Source: Podospora anserina (lineage: Eukaryota). From it: a stretch of DNA of 64,000 nucleotides. The position numbers were made by a program, and so were the translations under genes. Below the pieces are notes generated by a model. The model made no database searches. It was not told where the DNA came from and saw nothing but the letters and a program-made list of their open reading frames with translations. Numbering within the stretch: the stretch's first letter is position 1; each line of letters begins with the position of its first letter. The stretch covers positions 3,658,001 through 3,722,000 of the forward strand of contig CM030337.1 in NCBI GenBank assembly GCA_017654855.1. The letters run 5' to 3'. Of this stretch, positions 12,638 through 26,626 are shown piece by piece.

Positions 12638-14244
12638 GTGTGGAAGCTTTGTGGTGGTATATATTCAGAAGCACTATGAGCGCATTGGCCTTGACGCTGC
12701 CTCCAGTGGGCTTTTCAGTTGGACAAGAAACCAAGCAGTCTCAACAACTTGAAACTGGCAAGAAGGACACTGGCAAGCCGGCTGTGGATTCTGTCGGCAC
12801 GATACTGAGGTGCTCGCTGACGATATCGGTCCCTCACTGGAGTCAAATTTCCAGATGCTTTCTTATCGCGATAAGCCTGCCTTTGTGCACGGGCCACCAT
12901 ATGTGAGCTCATCGAGGTCCAAGCCAAGGACCAACCCAAGGACACCGAGGCCCTGCTACATTGTGAATATTGCATTGTATTCTCCGGAACCGACTTTATT
13001 TGTCACTATTTTCCAAACATAGCTAATCTTCGATTCTCCTTTCAAAGAGTTTCTTTCCTGCTCGTGGACAGTTTTGGTTTATTCTGTCGATACAGATCCT
13101 GTGTAAGTTAACTACTACGGAGTACTCAAAAGCGGATCGGCGGTGCGGCCCGGAGGGAACTCTCCAACTGTCTGTTCAAAGTCCCTAAATAGCTGCCCAA
13201 TATCGAACCTCTTTGTCGGTAAGCCCCGAGGCTGCAGGGCTTTCCGGGAAAATGCACATGGCCTAGCAAAGCATTGTTTGGCGAGCATCGGGGCAGCAGA
13301 CTGATGGGTGAGCATTGTTTCGAAACCCGAATTGTAAACGCATCAGGGGCTCTGTGAGGCGAGCCCCTGAAAGCCCAGATGGAGGATCACCAACCCCACT
13401 TCTTCAGAGCTCCAACTGCCCGCCAGGCCACACAGAGGGAGCTCTGATTGCACGATGCCAGCCGTGTGATATGCTGTGTAGCGCCAGAAGGGGGAAGTAA
13501 ACGCAGCAGTGATGAAGAATCGTCGGAGCTGTTGATCCAGTCATTCATCCAACTTCACATATCCCCTCCAAGAGTCGGAGTCCCTGCCGGAATCCAGTGT
13601 CCAGTGTCCTAGCGTCTGATACCCCTCTTTGGCGCCTTCCTCAGGGCCAGCCTGCCAAATAATTTATTGTGAGGCACAGCGGTACACAATTATTTTACAT
13701 CCCGTGTTTCTCAACGGTCGAGTCTTGAGCTTGGCCTAACCTCACCGACATCCATACCTACATAAACAAGGTGACTCTGCTGGCACAACAACAACATCAA
13801 CAGCTTTCATCATCTGTCTTCCAGATGGTTGCCACGTCTGGAAACAGCTTGACAAGAGACCATCCCCAACGCTAGTGTTGCACCCTGTCTGCCCCACCAC
13901 TCGAGCGACCACCCAGTGATCCGAGTCCACTCCCGTTTCCTCTCGCACGGTAACCTCCCCCCAGCGCCAGAGTGCCACCGCTCGACCCGACCCTTTGTCT
14001 TGTCCCGAGAAAAAGCAAAGCTCCCTTTTTATCTGCGACCCCTTTTTGCGAAAACACCATTCGGCACCTTCCTGTCGACAGTCTCTAGGAACCAGCAGTT
14101 GATCTGCCAGAGTCTACCGCCAGCAAGCCAGAGCGAGCAGAGCAGCCCTGCCGAGTTGGGTGCGCCCCCTATCTTCGATCGCCGAACCCGAACCCTTACT
14201 ATCCATCCATCACGACATCTTGACAACACACACGCGCCGCCACG

Positions 14245-16349
<2,105 letters not shown>

Positions 16350-17045
16350 TTGGGGAATTCTGGTGTCTAGTTGGGAAAGTGTGATCTGAGGTAGGGCATA
16401 ATTCTTGCTGGCAGAGAAGAAGAGCTTTAGTTGGTGATGCAAATCTACAATCAGTTAACCCGATGGGGGAAAAAAAAAAGAGGGAGGTTGGGTTTGCCTT
16501 GCTTTTGTGATCATCGAAAAAAGAGGAAAGAGAGACTTGTTGGCGCTCTGATGTACGCTCTGAACTGCATGTGTGTTTATTGTTATGTACATAGTTGCAT
16601 ATCTACGCAAGCTGGGGGGTTTGAGAGGGGGGATGTAGGCATGGTACAGACAGCTGTCATGGGATCATCTCGGAGAGATGGATGTCTGTAGCTGAGCAAT
16701 ACCATTGCCTGTGCAGGCAAGCCCTTGGCAGTGATGAATGTACAAAGTCGAATTGCCCATGAATTGCAGTCTCATTATGAAGGGTATCTATCATTAACTC
16801 GGTACGCGCCTGGAACACAGTCCGCTAATATCCCCTTTGCGATGTGTTAGCCTAGAGAACGACGAGGCGTGTGGTTTCTTGAGGCCTTACAGCTTGCTCA
16901 AATTGGTGTCTTGCTTATTTCTCTCAACCTCCTGGACTGCCACTGCTTCGTCTGTGTGCCCTCATCCTTTGCTGGCTTTCAGACAGTCGATTTTCGCCAT
17001 GATACGCCGGTTATTTCGAATCCATACTTCCTCCGCATCGTCTCT

Positions 17046-17792
17046 CTACCGCCTCCCCGTCAAGCCCGGCGCGGCATTGAACCTCTCCTCTCTCTCCGTC
17101 ATAAACATGATCTGCACCCAATACTCCTTGCTATCCGGATCCCAAAACTCAAACTGCCTCCCGTCCTCCCTCTTGTCCAGCTCCCTGGCAGGGATCTTGA
17201 ACCCGCAGGTTTCGTACGGTTCCGCCGCGACGAGAAGATACTGAAAATTCCTATCCGGCTCCTCCACCCTCTGCGTAAACGCACTCATGACCTGCCACTT
17301 GGGCGTAACTCCCACCCCGATATCCGGATACTGCAGCTGAAACAGCAAGCCCTGCTGTCTCGTGATCGGATCTCTGACCTTTGTGATTTTGTACCCCGGC
17401 CTCCCAATCTTGACAACATTCTTCCTCGGCCCACCAGCACCAAGACCCAAGGCAGCAAAGCCGGCGCCGACGACTCCGACAGGTAAGCCGGTAGTGGGAT
17501 CGATTTCCCCTTTGCCCTCTTTTTGTTCCCTGGCGGCGCGGCGGGCGAGGTTGGTCTGGTGCTTTTTGCCCTGGGTGTGGGCGAGGTAGGAGCCGTCGTT
17601 CTGGTGGACCGTCAGGCAGAGGCGGCACTCGAAGGAGCCGAGGTGGTTCTTGAAGATGTAGGGGTCCTTGTCGAGGTCGATTTGCTCGAGGGCGAGCTTG
17701 CGGAGGCGCTCGCGGCGGTCGGCGTTGGTGGCTGAGTGGGAGGCTACGCCGCCGCCGCCGAATTTGGAGCCGGCACGGTTTTGGTAGTCCAT
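17046..17792 (-). CDS. sf3a2: Splicing factor 3a subunit 2 (SF3A2/Prp11/Sap62)
   Basis: MDYQNRAGSKFGGGGVAS, zinc finger FECRLCLTVH...HTQGKKHQTNL, KIGRPGYKITK, QYLLVAAEPYET. Confidence 0.95.
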   Translation of the reverse strand: MDYQNRAGSKFGGGGVASHSATNADRRERLRKLALEQIDLDKDPYIFKNHLGSFECRLCLTVHQNDGSYLAHTQGKKHQTNLARRAAREQKEGKGEIDPTTGLPVGVVGAGFAALGLGAGGPRKNVVKIGRPGYKITKVRDPITRQQGLLFQLQYPDIGVGVTPKWQVMSAFTQRVEEPDRNFQYLLVAAEPYETCGFKIPARELDKREDGRQFEFWDPDSKEYWVQIMFMTEREERFNAAPGLTGRR

Positions 17793-18203
17793 TATTTCTT
17801 CGGTTTCGAGGTGGATTGGGGGGTTGTCGGGTTGGGGGAATGGGGTTGGTGCGGTGTGGTGGTGGTGATGGTGGTAGTGGAAGTGCTGAGAGGCGAGGCG
17901 GCAAGCTTCTAGATAAGACGTGTCGCGCCGCGCTTCGGGTGGCGGGCGGGTGGTGGCAGTTGGCGAGAAGCCCGTCCACTTAGACAGCAGTAGCTCCCCT
18001 TCTTCTTTTTGTCAACGATAACGATGCACCCATCTTCACTGGAACATCTGTTGTGGGAAACAGTCAATTCAATTCAGAATGCTATGCTAGTTACTTCGTC
18101 TCTCATTTATTTCATCTCATCAATCCGTCCTCAATGTCCTTATCGTCCTCGTCATTCCAGTTCATCATAGCTCATAACCCCAACCCGCCCTTCAACCTCC
18201 CCC

Positions 18204-19214
18204 TTACGTCAACCCAGCCACAACCACCATCACCACCCCAGCAATCGCCAACCCCATCGACACACCAAGTCTACCGCCCTCGCTGTATCTAGGCGGCAAA
18301 CCTTGCGCCCACCCATCAGTATTCCCCTGAGGCCCAGGCAGTTGTGGCTGGTCAGGGTTGGGTTTGGCAGAAGGAGGGTAGTCGGGAGCAAGGACAGTCT
18401 TGAGTTCATGGGCGATCCCTCCAGGAGCGCATTGTGTCCCCTTTGCGGTGGGCATCACGGCGGACCAGATCCCTGAGCCGCAGCGCTGCCAGGAGGTGAG
18501 CATGCAGTTCCATTGGCCTTCGAGGCTGGGTGGGCAGGGGGTGCTGGGGGTGTAGGCGCCTGCTGGGAGGGGGGCGGGGGGTTCAAGGAGGGAGGAGCGG
18601 ATGTGGACTTCTGGGTGGAATCCCTCGGGGCGGTGTTCCTCGGCGTGGTTCTCCTCCAGGCGGCTCACTTCAAGGTGGTCCCCTTTCGGGTGGTGGGGTT
18701 CCTCGGTATGGGATTGCTGGGGAGGATACTGTCCCTCTGGCTGGTGTTCCTCGGCATGGTGTTGGCCCTCCGGCCGGTGCTCCTCGTAGGATGGGCGGTG
18801 TTCCTTCTCTCTAAATTCGCGGCGTGGTCGAGGGAAGGAGATGTGATGGGCGGGTTGCTCAGGCTGGTGCTCTCCTTCCTCTCCAGACTCGTGATGGGGT
18901 TGAGAAACTGCCAGGTGATAGGCAGGGTGATCAGGGGCAATATGAGGAACCTCGGCAGGACGCTGCTCCTCGGGATTGATAAGAGGGGAGGCGGCTCCCA
19001 AAGTGGCGAGGCAGAGGAGAGTTGTGATCATGAGGAAAGCCGGAAGCTTTCCCGGGCTTGATTCCACGGCCATTGACTTGTAAGAGAACGGATTCCGGAA
19101 GAGCGCCGACGGCCAGAGGGTGGGAGTGGCCTTCTTGAGCTCTGGGCTGGGTCCGGAATGCGAGACGCTCGGCTCCGGGTGGGTCTTTTCTTGGATGTCG
19201 TTGATGGAGGTCAT
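18204..19214 (-). CDS. Secreted, probably GPI-anchored protein with an H/E/P-rich spacer and a CBM19-like chitin-binding Cys module
   Basis: Hydrophobic signal-like segment FLMITTLLCLATLGAASP, repeated EEHRPEG-like units, module C...EGQWNC...WQRCGSGIWS...GTQC, hydrophobic C-terminus. Start codon uncertain. Confidence 0.65.
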   Translation of the reverse strand: MTSINDIQEKTHPEPSVSHSGPSPELKKATPTLWPSALFRNPFSYKSMAVESSPGKLPAFLMITTLLCLATLGAASPLINPEEQRPAEVPHIAPDHPAYHLAVSQPHHESGEEGEHQPEQPAHHISFPRPRREFREKEHRPSYEEHRPEGQHHAEEHQPEGQYPPQQSHTEEPHHPKGDHLEVSRLEENHAEEHRPEGFHPEVHIRSSLLEPPAPLPAGAYTPSTPCPPSLEGQWNCMLTSWQRCGSGIWSAVMPTAKGTQCAPGGIAHELKTVLAPDYPPSAKPNPDQPQLPGPQGNTDGWAQGLPPRYSEGGRLGVSMGLAIAGVVMVVVAGLT

Positions 19215-19760
19215 CTTGCGAGTTCGCTTTTCCGAGTTGATAGGAGGTGATTGTTTCGAAAATTGATCACAATGTAAGTGTGTACATGTGTGATTGACTG
19301 ACTGCTTTGTGCCGATGCAGAAACCTGGTGGGATGAGGGATGGCACCCGGGTTATATCACCATGCCACGGCCACTTCTTCGCGAAGGCTGGCGCGCAGTC
19401 ACACATGTCTTACCTCCCACCCGAGCTCGGATAGAGAGACGCGTTGCGCGCTTTCGAGATCACGGTGGACTTCATCCTGCCATTTTCTTTGGTGGGGGGG
19501 TGATGGTCAACAGTGCTGGCCGGAGAGTTGTCCACGCTGGGGCTGTCATTCGATGGTGGATGTGCGCTATCCAACTGACTAGCCATTGGTTTGCGTCTAC
19601 TGGGTGATTGGACTGGCTTACTGACCGCCTTTGGGTCGAAAAGGTCAGTTGAGGCATTGCCGCGAGATAGTTGAAGCTTATTCAGAAGCAGCTGCCAGAT
19701 TGCCCGGCCTCCCTAAACTCTGCACCGATCACAAGAGCCTTCCTGAATCTTTTCGAAGCA

Positions 19761-21776
19761 CTATGGCTGTTCAAACACAGCAGATTCAGACTCACCCGCC
19801 CCTCGAAGAAGATTGTCAAAGAATGCGGTATCCACGCCTTGCAAGCCCCAGCTCTCAACGAAACCTAGTTCAAAAGGTTGGCCGTCTTCTCCAAACGCAC
19901 ATGCTAGTCCTTCAGGCATGTCGGAACCTCGTCGAATCACTATCCCTCCCAAGTAGGGAATATAAATTCTTAGGATGTTGTCACCATCGGTTGTCGTTCC
20001 ACCACACCCCAGCTCTTCAGCCTCCTCAGCTTGCTGTTCTGATTGCGAACGATAGCTGCATATTTCTCCAGCAGCGGCTTCTGACTCGATGAAGAGTAGA
20101 TGCCGCAACAAAGTCGCTATTCTCTTCGCTATAGCGTCTTCACCATCTACAGACATGCGCTCCATGGCTTCCATTGTCGCCTCCAACATACCGCGATCAC
20201 CCTGTCGTTGATGTGCTAGGAAGTCCAAGGCATCAAAACCCAGCACTCTCTGAACTTTTTGTCTATGTGAATCCAGGTGGGCAATACACATTGCCGTGCT
20301 GGCAATGAAAGCCAGAAAATCGATTCCATGGCAATACGAGCTGACTGGATTACCTTTGTGAAAAGTCAAGAAGCGCGTGATGACTTCTCGGCTTGCGGTG
20401 ACGGCAGTAATCTTGCTGTAGTTACAGCTCAGGTCGGAGGGGGGTCTAAGCAAATAGGGAAGATGAAGCTGTGCCAGGAGGTGGTAGTGAACTGCCTGGC
20501 TCATGAGACGAAGCGTCTTGTCCGGAGCCTCAAGATCGTCCTCGGTAGTGCGAGGCGCAAAGTCAGGGGTAAGCCACCACCGAGGTGGCATAAAAGCTGA
20601 TGCTTTTTGGAGCAGGTCGTCAATCTCCCGCGTTGCGGAGATATCGTTGATGTCGTTTCTCTGTAGGATGTATCCGGCGGCAACGCAGTGAAGCCTCCGC
20701 AATTGCTCGGCTGGGGTGCATTTCTCCAACACTTTTGGTGTTGCGAAAGAGTTGTCGGATGAGCCCTGTGGAAGTCCAAGCACGAGCGAGAGGTAGCGGT
20801 CGGATTGCACTATTCGGGACCAGAGGTACTCAGGATCGATATTGGCCTTTGTGTTGGATGACAATGTGTTGAGGCATGTTTTCGCTTGTTTGCCGCGGTG
20901 GAGTCCCATCAACTGTGCCATCGTCATGGCCCGGCGAGTTGCACTCCATGATCTTCGTAGGTTTCCAGCTCTGTCGTGGTACATGCTTTCCATCATGATG
21001 CACTCGATGCCCTCTATTGAGTCAGTGAGCTGATCGTTACTTGTCACCATGCTGATGGCCCTCTCCACCGCTCGAGACATTACATCGCGGTATCCAGTGG
21101 CGCGGTTTTCCAACGGTTCGACGCAGGATGCTGGTACATCTTGGAGAAGCAGACCCAGAAGTAAAGCCCTGCGAGCTATTAGAACCGGATGTGCTCCAGG
21201 AGGCGGCTTTTGCATTGTATCCATCAACGACGGCTTGCTCGACGCTGAGGGGTTAGGTGACAAGATGCCACCGACTTTGAACAGGAGCTCCATGAGCGAG
21301 GTTTGGAGAGGAAGCTCCGATATCTGATCCAAGACACTCTTGTCAGGCCATGCCTCCAGAAGTTCAGTTGCGGTTCTTCTGAGCTCTGCTGTCTGCCGAT
21401 TGTCTTCAGACTCCGGATTGCTGGGAAGTGGTGGCTGTTGAAGGTCCGGTGTTCTGTCCTCGGTATTCCTCTGAGCACTATTCAGGGAGTCGATCTTTCT
21501 GGCCAGGTTCTCAACCAGAGACTCGACTCGACCGAGACGGCCCTCAGTGTCGCCATTGATGTGCTGTGTAACAACATCAGGAAACTCCTGGCTGAGGCAT
21601 GTTGACCGTCGTCGTTCACATGCATCGCAAACAGAGTTTGTTTCTACCGAAAATATGCATCGTACCTTCCTGCGCTTGCACTCCCAGCAGCTCTTTGTGC
21701 CTTTTCGAACTCTGAGCTTTTTTCTTGGGGGCTCGAGATCGCTGATATACGATGGTTCGGAGGTTCTGTTGATCAT
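19761..21776 (-). CDS. Zn(II)2Cys6 transcription factor
   Basis: KGTKSCWECKRRKVRC...CDACERRRSTC binuclear cluster; middle homology region LWSRIVQSDRYLSLVLGLPQG; intronless. Start may be at a nearby in-frame codon. Confidence 0.9.
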   Translation of the reverse strand: MINRTSEPSYISDLEPPRKKLRVRKGTKSCWECKRRKVRCIFSVETNSVCDACERRRSTCLSQEFPDVVTQHINGDTEGRLGRVESLVENLARKIDSLNSAQRNTEDRTPDLQQPPLPSNPESEDNRQTAELRRTATELLEAWPDKSVLDQISELPLQTSLMELLFKVGGILSPNPSASSKPSLMDTMQKPPPGAHPVLIARRALLLGLLLQDVPASCVEPLENRATGYRDVMSRAVERAISMVTSNDQLTDSIEGIECIMMESMYHDRAGNLRRSWSATRRAMTMAQLMGLHRGKQAKTCLNTLSSNTKANIDPEYLWSRIVQSDRYLSLVLGLPQGSSDNSFATPKVLEKCTPAEQLRRLHCVAAGYILQRNDINDISATREIDDLLQKASAFMPPRWWLTPDFAPRTTEDDLEAPDKTLRLMSQAVHYHLLAQLHLPYLLRPPSDLSCNYSKITAVTASREVITRFLTFHKGNPVSSYCHGIDFLAFIASTAMCIAHLDSHRQKVQRVLGFDALDFLAHQRQGDRGMLEATMEAMERMSVDGEDAIAKRIATLLRHLLFIESEAAAGEICSYRSQSEQQAEEAEELGCGGTTTDGDNILRIYIPYLGGIVIRRGSDMPEGLACAFGEDGQPFELGFVESWGLQGVDTAFFDNLLRGAGESESAVFEQP

Positions 21777-21947
21777 GTCGAACACTCAGATACAGAATGT
21801 GCAAGCCAACCAGCTTGATGTAAAGGGATTATGAAGGGAGAAGTATATGTTACAAACTTCGACTGAAAAGATGTACTGGATTGCGTTGTTGTGGTGTTGA
21901 GCGTAGGGGAAAGCCGACCCTGAATATCATTCGCCCGAGCTCTCCCA

Positions 21948-21959
21948 TTTCGGCCGAAG
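21948..21959. promoter_or_regulatory. Candidate Zn2Cys6 binding site TTTCGGCCGAAG upstream of the transcription factor
   Basis: Palindromic core TTCGGCCGAA; the same 12-mer occurs at 23389-23400. Confidence 0.45.
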
Positions 21960-22033
21960 CTCGGCGCAAGCACCGAAGTTGTAACCGAGCATAACCACAC
22001 CGTCCACATGTCTAAGAACAATACTTGGGTGAG

Positions 22034-23223
22034 CTACGGCTTGCTTTCCCAGACCTCAGTCAAAAACTCCTCGGCCCTAGTGAACTCGTAATCTGGAAGC
22101 AACCGATTCCACTCATTCGAGACTTTCAGCACTCCAGCAGAGATACCCAGAAGCATTCCAGAAAGGAAGCCCTTTGCCATAGCCTCAACTGCTGCTGGAG
22201 AAAGAGAGGGGTGGTCAACCACAGGCAACCAAGAGCTCTTGACAATCCCCGCTTTGATGTCTTCTGCTTTGAGCTTCTCGACGATGAAGGGACCCCCTGT
22301 TCCATCATTAGCACCAATTAGTCATAGAAGACAACCATATGAGGAGGACGTGCCCCGAATCTTCTCACCAAGCGCGATAATCTCACCAATGGTTACTTCG
22401 TCTCCTCTGATACCGCCAACAACAGGCCACTCGCCCTCGTGCTCAACAGCCTTGGCGACGACATTTGCAAGGTCCTTGGCTGTAGTCCAGGTGATTCGCG
22501 CGTCCTCACTGTCCTCCAAAATGATAGCTCGGCGGGCGTGAAAGTCCATCTGGGTTTGGAACGGGTGAATGTGCTTGGAGGACTTGTAGGGGTAGCAGAG
22601 GTAGTCTGTGAACTGCCCTGGTTGGAAGAAGGTGTACTCGAGCACCTAGATGCCAGATCATCATCAACAGCTGACTGAGGTGTGTAGCACTGAGTGACTT
22701 GCCTTCTTGTCTTTGTTTAGCTCGGCGAGATACTCTCGGATCTCTGCCTTGCCGGCATACCACGGGAGATGCTCGAAGCTGGACCTGCAACTAGGTTGTA
22801 AATACCCGACGACTCTGTTCGAAGAGGGTGAAAGCTCACGTTGCCCACTCGCTGGGCGCAAAACGTTTAACTCCGGCACGGACCGAGGCATTGATAAGAT
22901 TCTTTTGAGCAGTGTTCCCCGGGTCTGAGTGGGTGACGATGAAGGATAGGACAGTGTCAACTCCTTGGAGAGTCTCGGACAGTCCATCCAAGCCGTCATA
23001 GTCCGTTGTGATCCATGTGATGTTGGGAAAGGCGTTGTTGGAAGAAAGCTCCGCTGTGTCAGTTCTTGTCAAGAGGAGGAGCTTGTGCTTTCCAGTGGCG
23101 ACGAGGGCTTCGGTCACCTCTTGGGCGACGTCTGTTGGTTGATGATTAGCCTGCAGTAGATGGTGGATGGGATAGACTGAAGAACGTACTGCCGGTTGCA
23201 CCTGCAATAGCGATTTTGACCAT
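22034..23223 (-). CDS. NmrA-like / isoflavone-reductase-like NAD(P)-binding oxidoreductase
   Basis: MVKIAIAGATG Rossmann start; exons 23223-23190, 23131-22840, 22784-22703, 22645-22354, 22296-22034. Motifs AGVKRFAPSEW and LEYTFFQPGQFTDY. Introns 3 and 4 need GC donors to keep frame. Confidence 0.85.
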
Positions 23224-23285
23224 GGCGGCTTTTGAAAGAACAAACCTAGGTCCATTGCTTCAAGTAAAGTAGACGGTAATGTGTG

Positions 23286-23400
23286 CTTTTATAGAGATAT
23301 TCGGCTTCGGTTGATTTGAGTGGCTCGGCCGAAAGCTGGGAACTGGTGACTGCACCTCAGAAATGGACCTCCGACAAGCAGAGTTCTCTTTCGGCCGAAG
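23286..23400 (-). promoter_or_regulatory. Promoter of the NmrA-like gene: TATA box plus two TTTCGGCCGA sites
   Basis: TATAAAAG on the minus strand at 23286-23293, about 65 nt upstream of the ATG; TCGGCCGA cores at 23325-23332 and 23391-23398. Confidence 0.5.
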
Positions 23401-23752
23401 GTTTAGAGCAAGGGGGGGCCATCTATTGTTTGAATGTCCAGTTAGACTTATAGATTGAAACGCCCAAAGTGGCACGTCGATTCCATGGCCAGGACACTTG
23501 GTATACGGCTGATTTGGAAGGCACCGGGAAGAGCGAGAGCGTTGGTTGAGGTGAAGAGGTACTTGTGTCTTCTTTGCTCACTAATGCTTGTGTAAGTTTG
23601 CCCTCTAACTCTCAGTTTCCGACCAAGGGCTTGACAGGAGGTTGCTCTGTCAGTCTAGCGGCCGCATTTCTCGCCTTTGCCCTCCTGTCTCTCAGTACTC
23701 GGTAGACTCCAACCAAGCCTAACACTGCAAAATTTGCTATGAAAGGTAACCA

Positions 23753-26626
23753 TCACTCATAGAAGAGTCCCATGATTATCATGAAGACCTTGTCCCCTGG
23801 TGTCCATATAAAATAAAAGAATCCAAAGCCGTAAATGACCATGCCCCAAACAGCAACGATAGCCATCGACGACCAGCCAGACCTCCGGTACCTGCGACCA
23901 AATGCTCTCGAATCAAAACACCCCAATGACGAATAGCTCACCACGTTTGATAAGAACAAGTTAATGAAGAATGGCCCGATGACGAACATGTCCAAAAGGT
24001 AGCTGACCAGGGGAAAGACTGTCATCTCTGGTACGGTCACGAGCTTTGAACAGACAAGAGGAACGAGCATAGCCGTTATCACCCCAAGATGAACAATGGT
24101 GTAAAGGAACATAAAAACTATCGGCCTTGAGAGTCCGAGGGTAGAATTCCCAGAATCCGCCAATGTGGGGACGGGGTTTCAAGCCCATACACTCGTAGAA
24201 GCTCGACAACCTGCTGTACCGAGTTTTCATTTGCAGTTTTGAAAAGCAGTGATGTAGAGCGTGATATTGGGAACATGCCGAAATGTTTGTTAGCATCGAT
24301 GAAGAGTGCGAGGTCGAGTGGCGACACGATGCTGCTTTTCCAAGCTGGCCAAACTGGATATTGCTGAACCCGGTAAAGCTTGAGAAGTCTCTTTAGCGCC
24401 CCGATGTTTCCATATCGGACTGCCAACCTAATATGGTACATCAAGTCGATGTCTGCATTGGCTGATGTTGGCCGAGTTTGTGACTCGGCCAGGTCCCAGA
24501 GCGACAGCCGTTCATATCTGCCGTTGGCAATCAAACCCAGAAGAAGCAAATGGAGCTCCGATTGAGACAGTGGCGAAGATTTCCACCCAACGGTGCTCAG
24601 TTCCTGGTTTCGGGCCCTGGGTGTTGTCTGTAGCCCGAGTTCAATGTTGTTAGAGTTCAAGAGTCCGGGATCGAGATGATTTGGCTGCTGCGCCTTCTGA
24701 CGGAGTGGTGTTTGGCTGATGTTGACTCTTAGCCTCTGGAGCAGGCGAATATGGTCTCTAGATCCTATGAATAAGATGTATTCGGGAAGTAACATCGCAG
24801 TAACATCGGCTCAAAGGGCGAGATTGCATCCTCTGAGAGCACAGGAGCTTCCATGACTGCTGGATAAGCTGATGATGTTTTCAAACGCTGATCAGGTGGT
24901 AACTGCGGAACCAACTGACTGCTTAAAGAAGGGTATTGTGTAACAAGAAATTCACATGCTGTTGACGAGAGTGTAAGGATTTCCTGGCTCATAAAAGCAG
25001 ACGGCTGGCCACTAATCTTCTCATCAAATTCATTCGACGGGGCCAATATTTGTTCATCTGAACAATGTTCAACGAGATACTTTCTATATGTCTAAGATCA
25101 GCTAAAGAATCCCTGAAAATTCAAACAGGACAAGCACAGTACATACACGAAAAATTGGTCGCGGTATGATGCCGTGACTGCCACTGACAGCAACAAGTGT
25201 GACATATTGATGGTGTGATGTTGCGACTTACGCCTGCAACATTCGCGCCTTTGGCAGCGCTCACCAGTTCCCAGGCGGTTGATAAACTGAGGATTATCCT
25301 CTACGAGAATTCTGAACGCTAGATGATACCCTGAGCGAATACTCGTGAAAAGCGGGTTGTTATAAAAGTCCTTTTCCAACGCATGAGTCCAAAGCTTTGA
25401 AGTCCGTGCAAACTGAGAATGAGCGGCGTATATATACCGGAGAGCGTCTGTTGCACCATTCTCAACGCTGCTGCAAATAATTTTGTAAAGAATATTGGGG
25501 TCGAGACCGCTCTTAGATATAACAAAGTCAAGAGTCTTTTGCTGTGCCTCCTCATGTGTAGAGCCGTGGTGAACGGCCTGCAAGAGTGATCCAGGAAGGT
25601 CGAGTCCACAAAAAAACACAGCGCTCAACGGTAGAACGTGGAAGGCCACTGATTCTTTGAGCCATCGGAATGTCACACCTTCTGCGCGTGGAAATCTATT
25701 GTCGTATTGTTCCAAATGAGCTTGAAGGATTCCGATAGAGGTGTGATCTATAGTGCAACTGCGATTCCAAGTATTTTGCGAAATCTGGAGCCCCGTTCGC
25801 ATATCCTGCACATGGAATTCCTATTGCCCGAGTGGCTTGCCTTCAGAAGCAACTCAACGATATCTGGTCTCCTGTGAATGACTCCATTCAGCACCGAACA
25901 ACACCTGATCGGCAGCGAAAACGGTGCGCTTTCCACTGAAAATGTTGCCAACTGCCCTTCTCGGAACACATCAGCACCTCTTTCAACCATGAGTGGAACG
26001 AGCCGCTGGAGTTGTTCCTTCTTAAAGGTCAAAGTGTAATGCAGTACTGACTGGTCATCATGGTTGCAGTGAGCGACGTTGAGGCTCGGAAGCTTCAAAA
26101 GATAATCAAGAACCTCAAAACGACCAGACTTTGCTGCCTGGATAGTAGCGCTATTACCGGCCAAGTCAACGGCGTTGAAAGATTTTGGCTCCAGGTCTGA
26201 GGCAAAAGTTCGTATTTTCTGCAAGTTACCCAGCGAGGCGGCTTCAATAAATTGATTCGAAAGGGAAATACCCTCGGCACTGTCATTCGTTTGGCGTGCC
26301 ACTTTGTTGAGTAAGCTGCCGACGGTGACTGAACCTCTCGATGAATCGTGCTGATGCTGCTTCAGGTCTGCCATGACGTCAACATGTCCCAAAGAAATAG
26401 CATCTTTAAGCCATGCAGTAATCGTTGATCTGGATGTCGCCTCGCTGTTGATGCCGTGAAAAGGTGACAATGACTGAAAAGGATCGGCCCCCATCGCGGC
26501 CTGTGGACGGAGGAAATATGCTTGAGCGACGGCAAGGCCATGCATCGCTGCGTCGGTAAGCCATCGACGAGCGATGTTCCAATCCTTATCAACCCCGAAT
26601 CCATCGAAATAGCAAATAAAGAGCTG
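23753..26626 (-). pseudogene. 5'-truncated, frameshifted Sel1-like + ankyrin-repeat + C-terminal transmembrane protein
   Basis: Reading starts abruptly at QLFICYFDGFGVDKDWNIARRWLTDAAMHGLAVAQA (Sel1-like). Ankyrin repeats FIEAASLGNLQKIR, DLAGNSATIQAAKSGRFEVLDYLL, NNPLFTSIRSGY, AVRYGNIGALKRLL. Intron 25146-25084; frameshifts near 25750, 24798 and 24150; three hydrophobic helices at the end. Confidence 0.8.

Noticed and set aside
13509-13619. Possible box C/D snoRNA (GTGATGA...CTGA) between tim54 and cot-1
   Set aside because: No terminal stem and no rRNA-complementary guide that I could recognise.
26522-26626. N-terminal part of the 138-aa plus-strand ORF in the ORF track
   Set aside because: It starts at a TTG and is the antisense of the Sel1-like repeat; kinase-like sequence begins only after about 26627.
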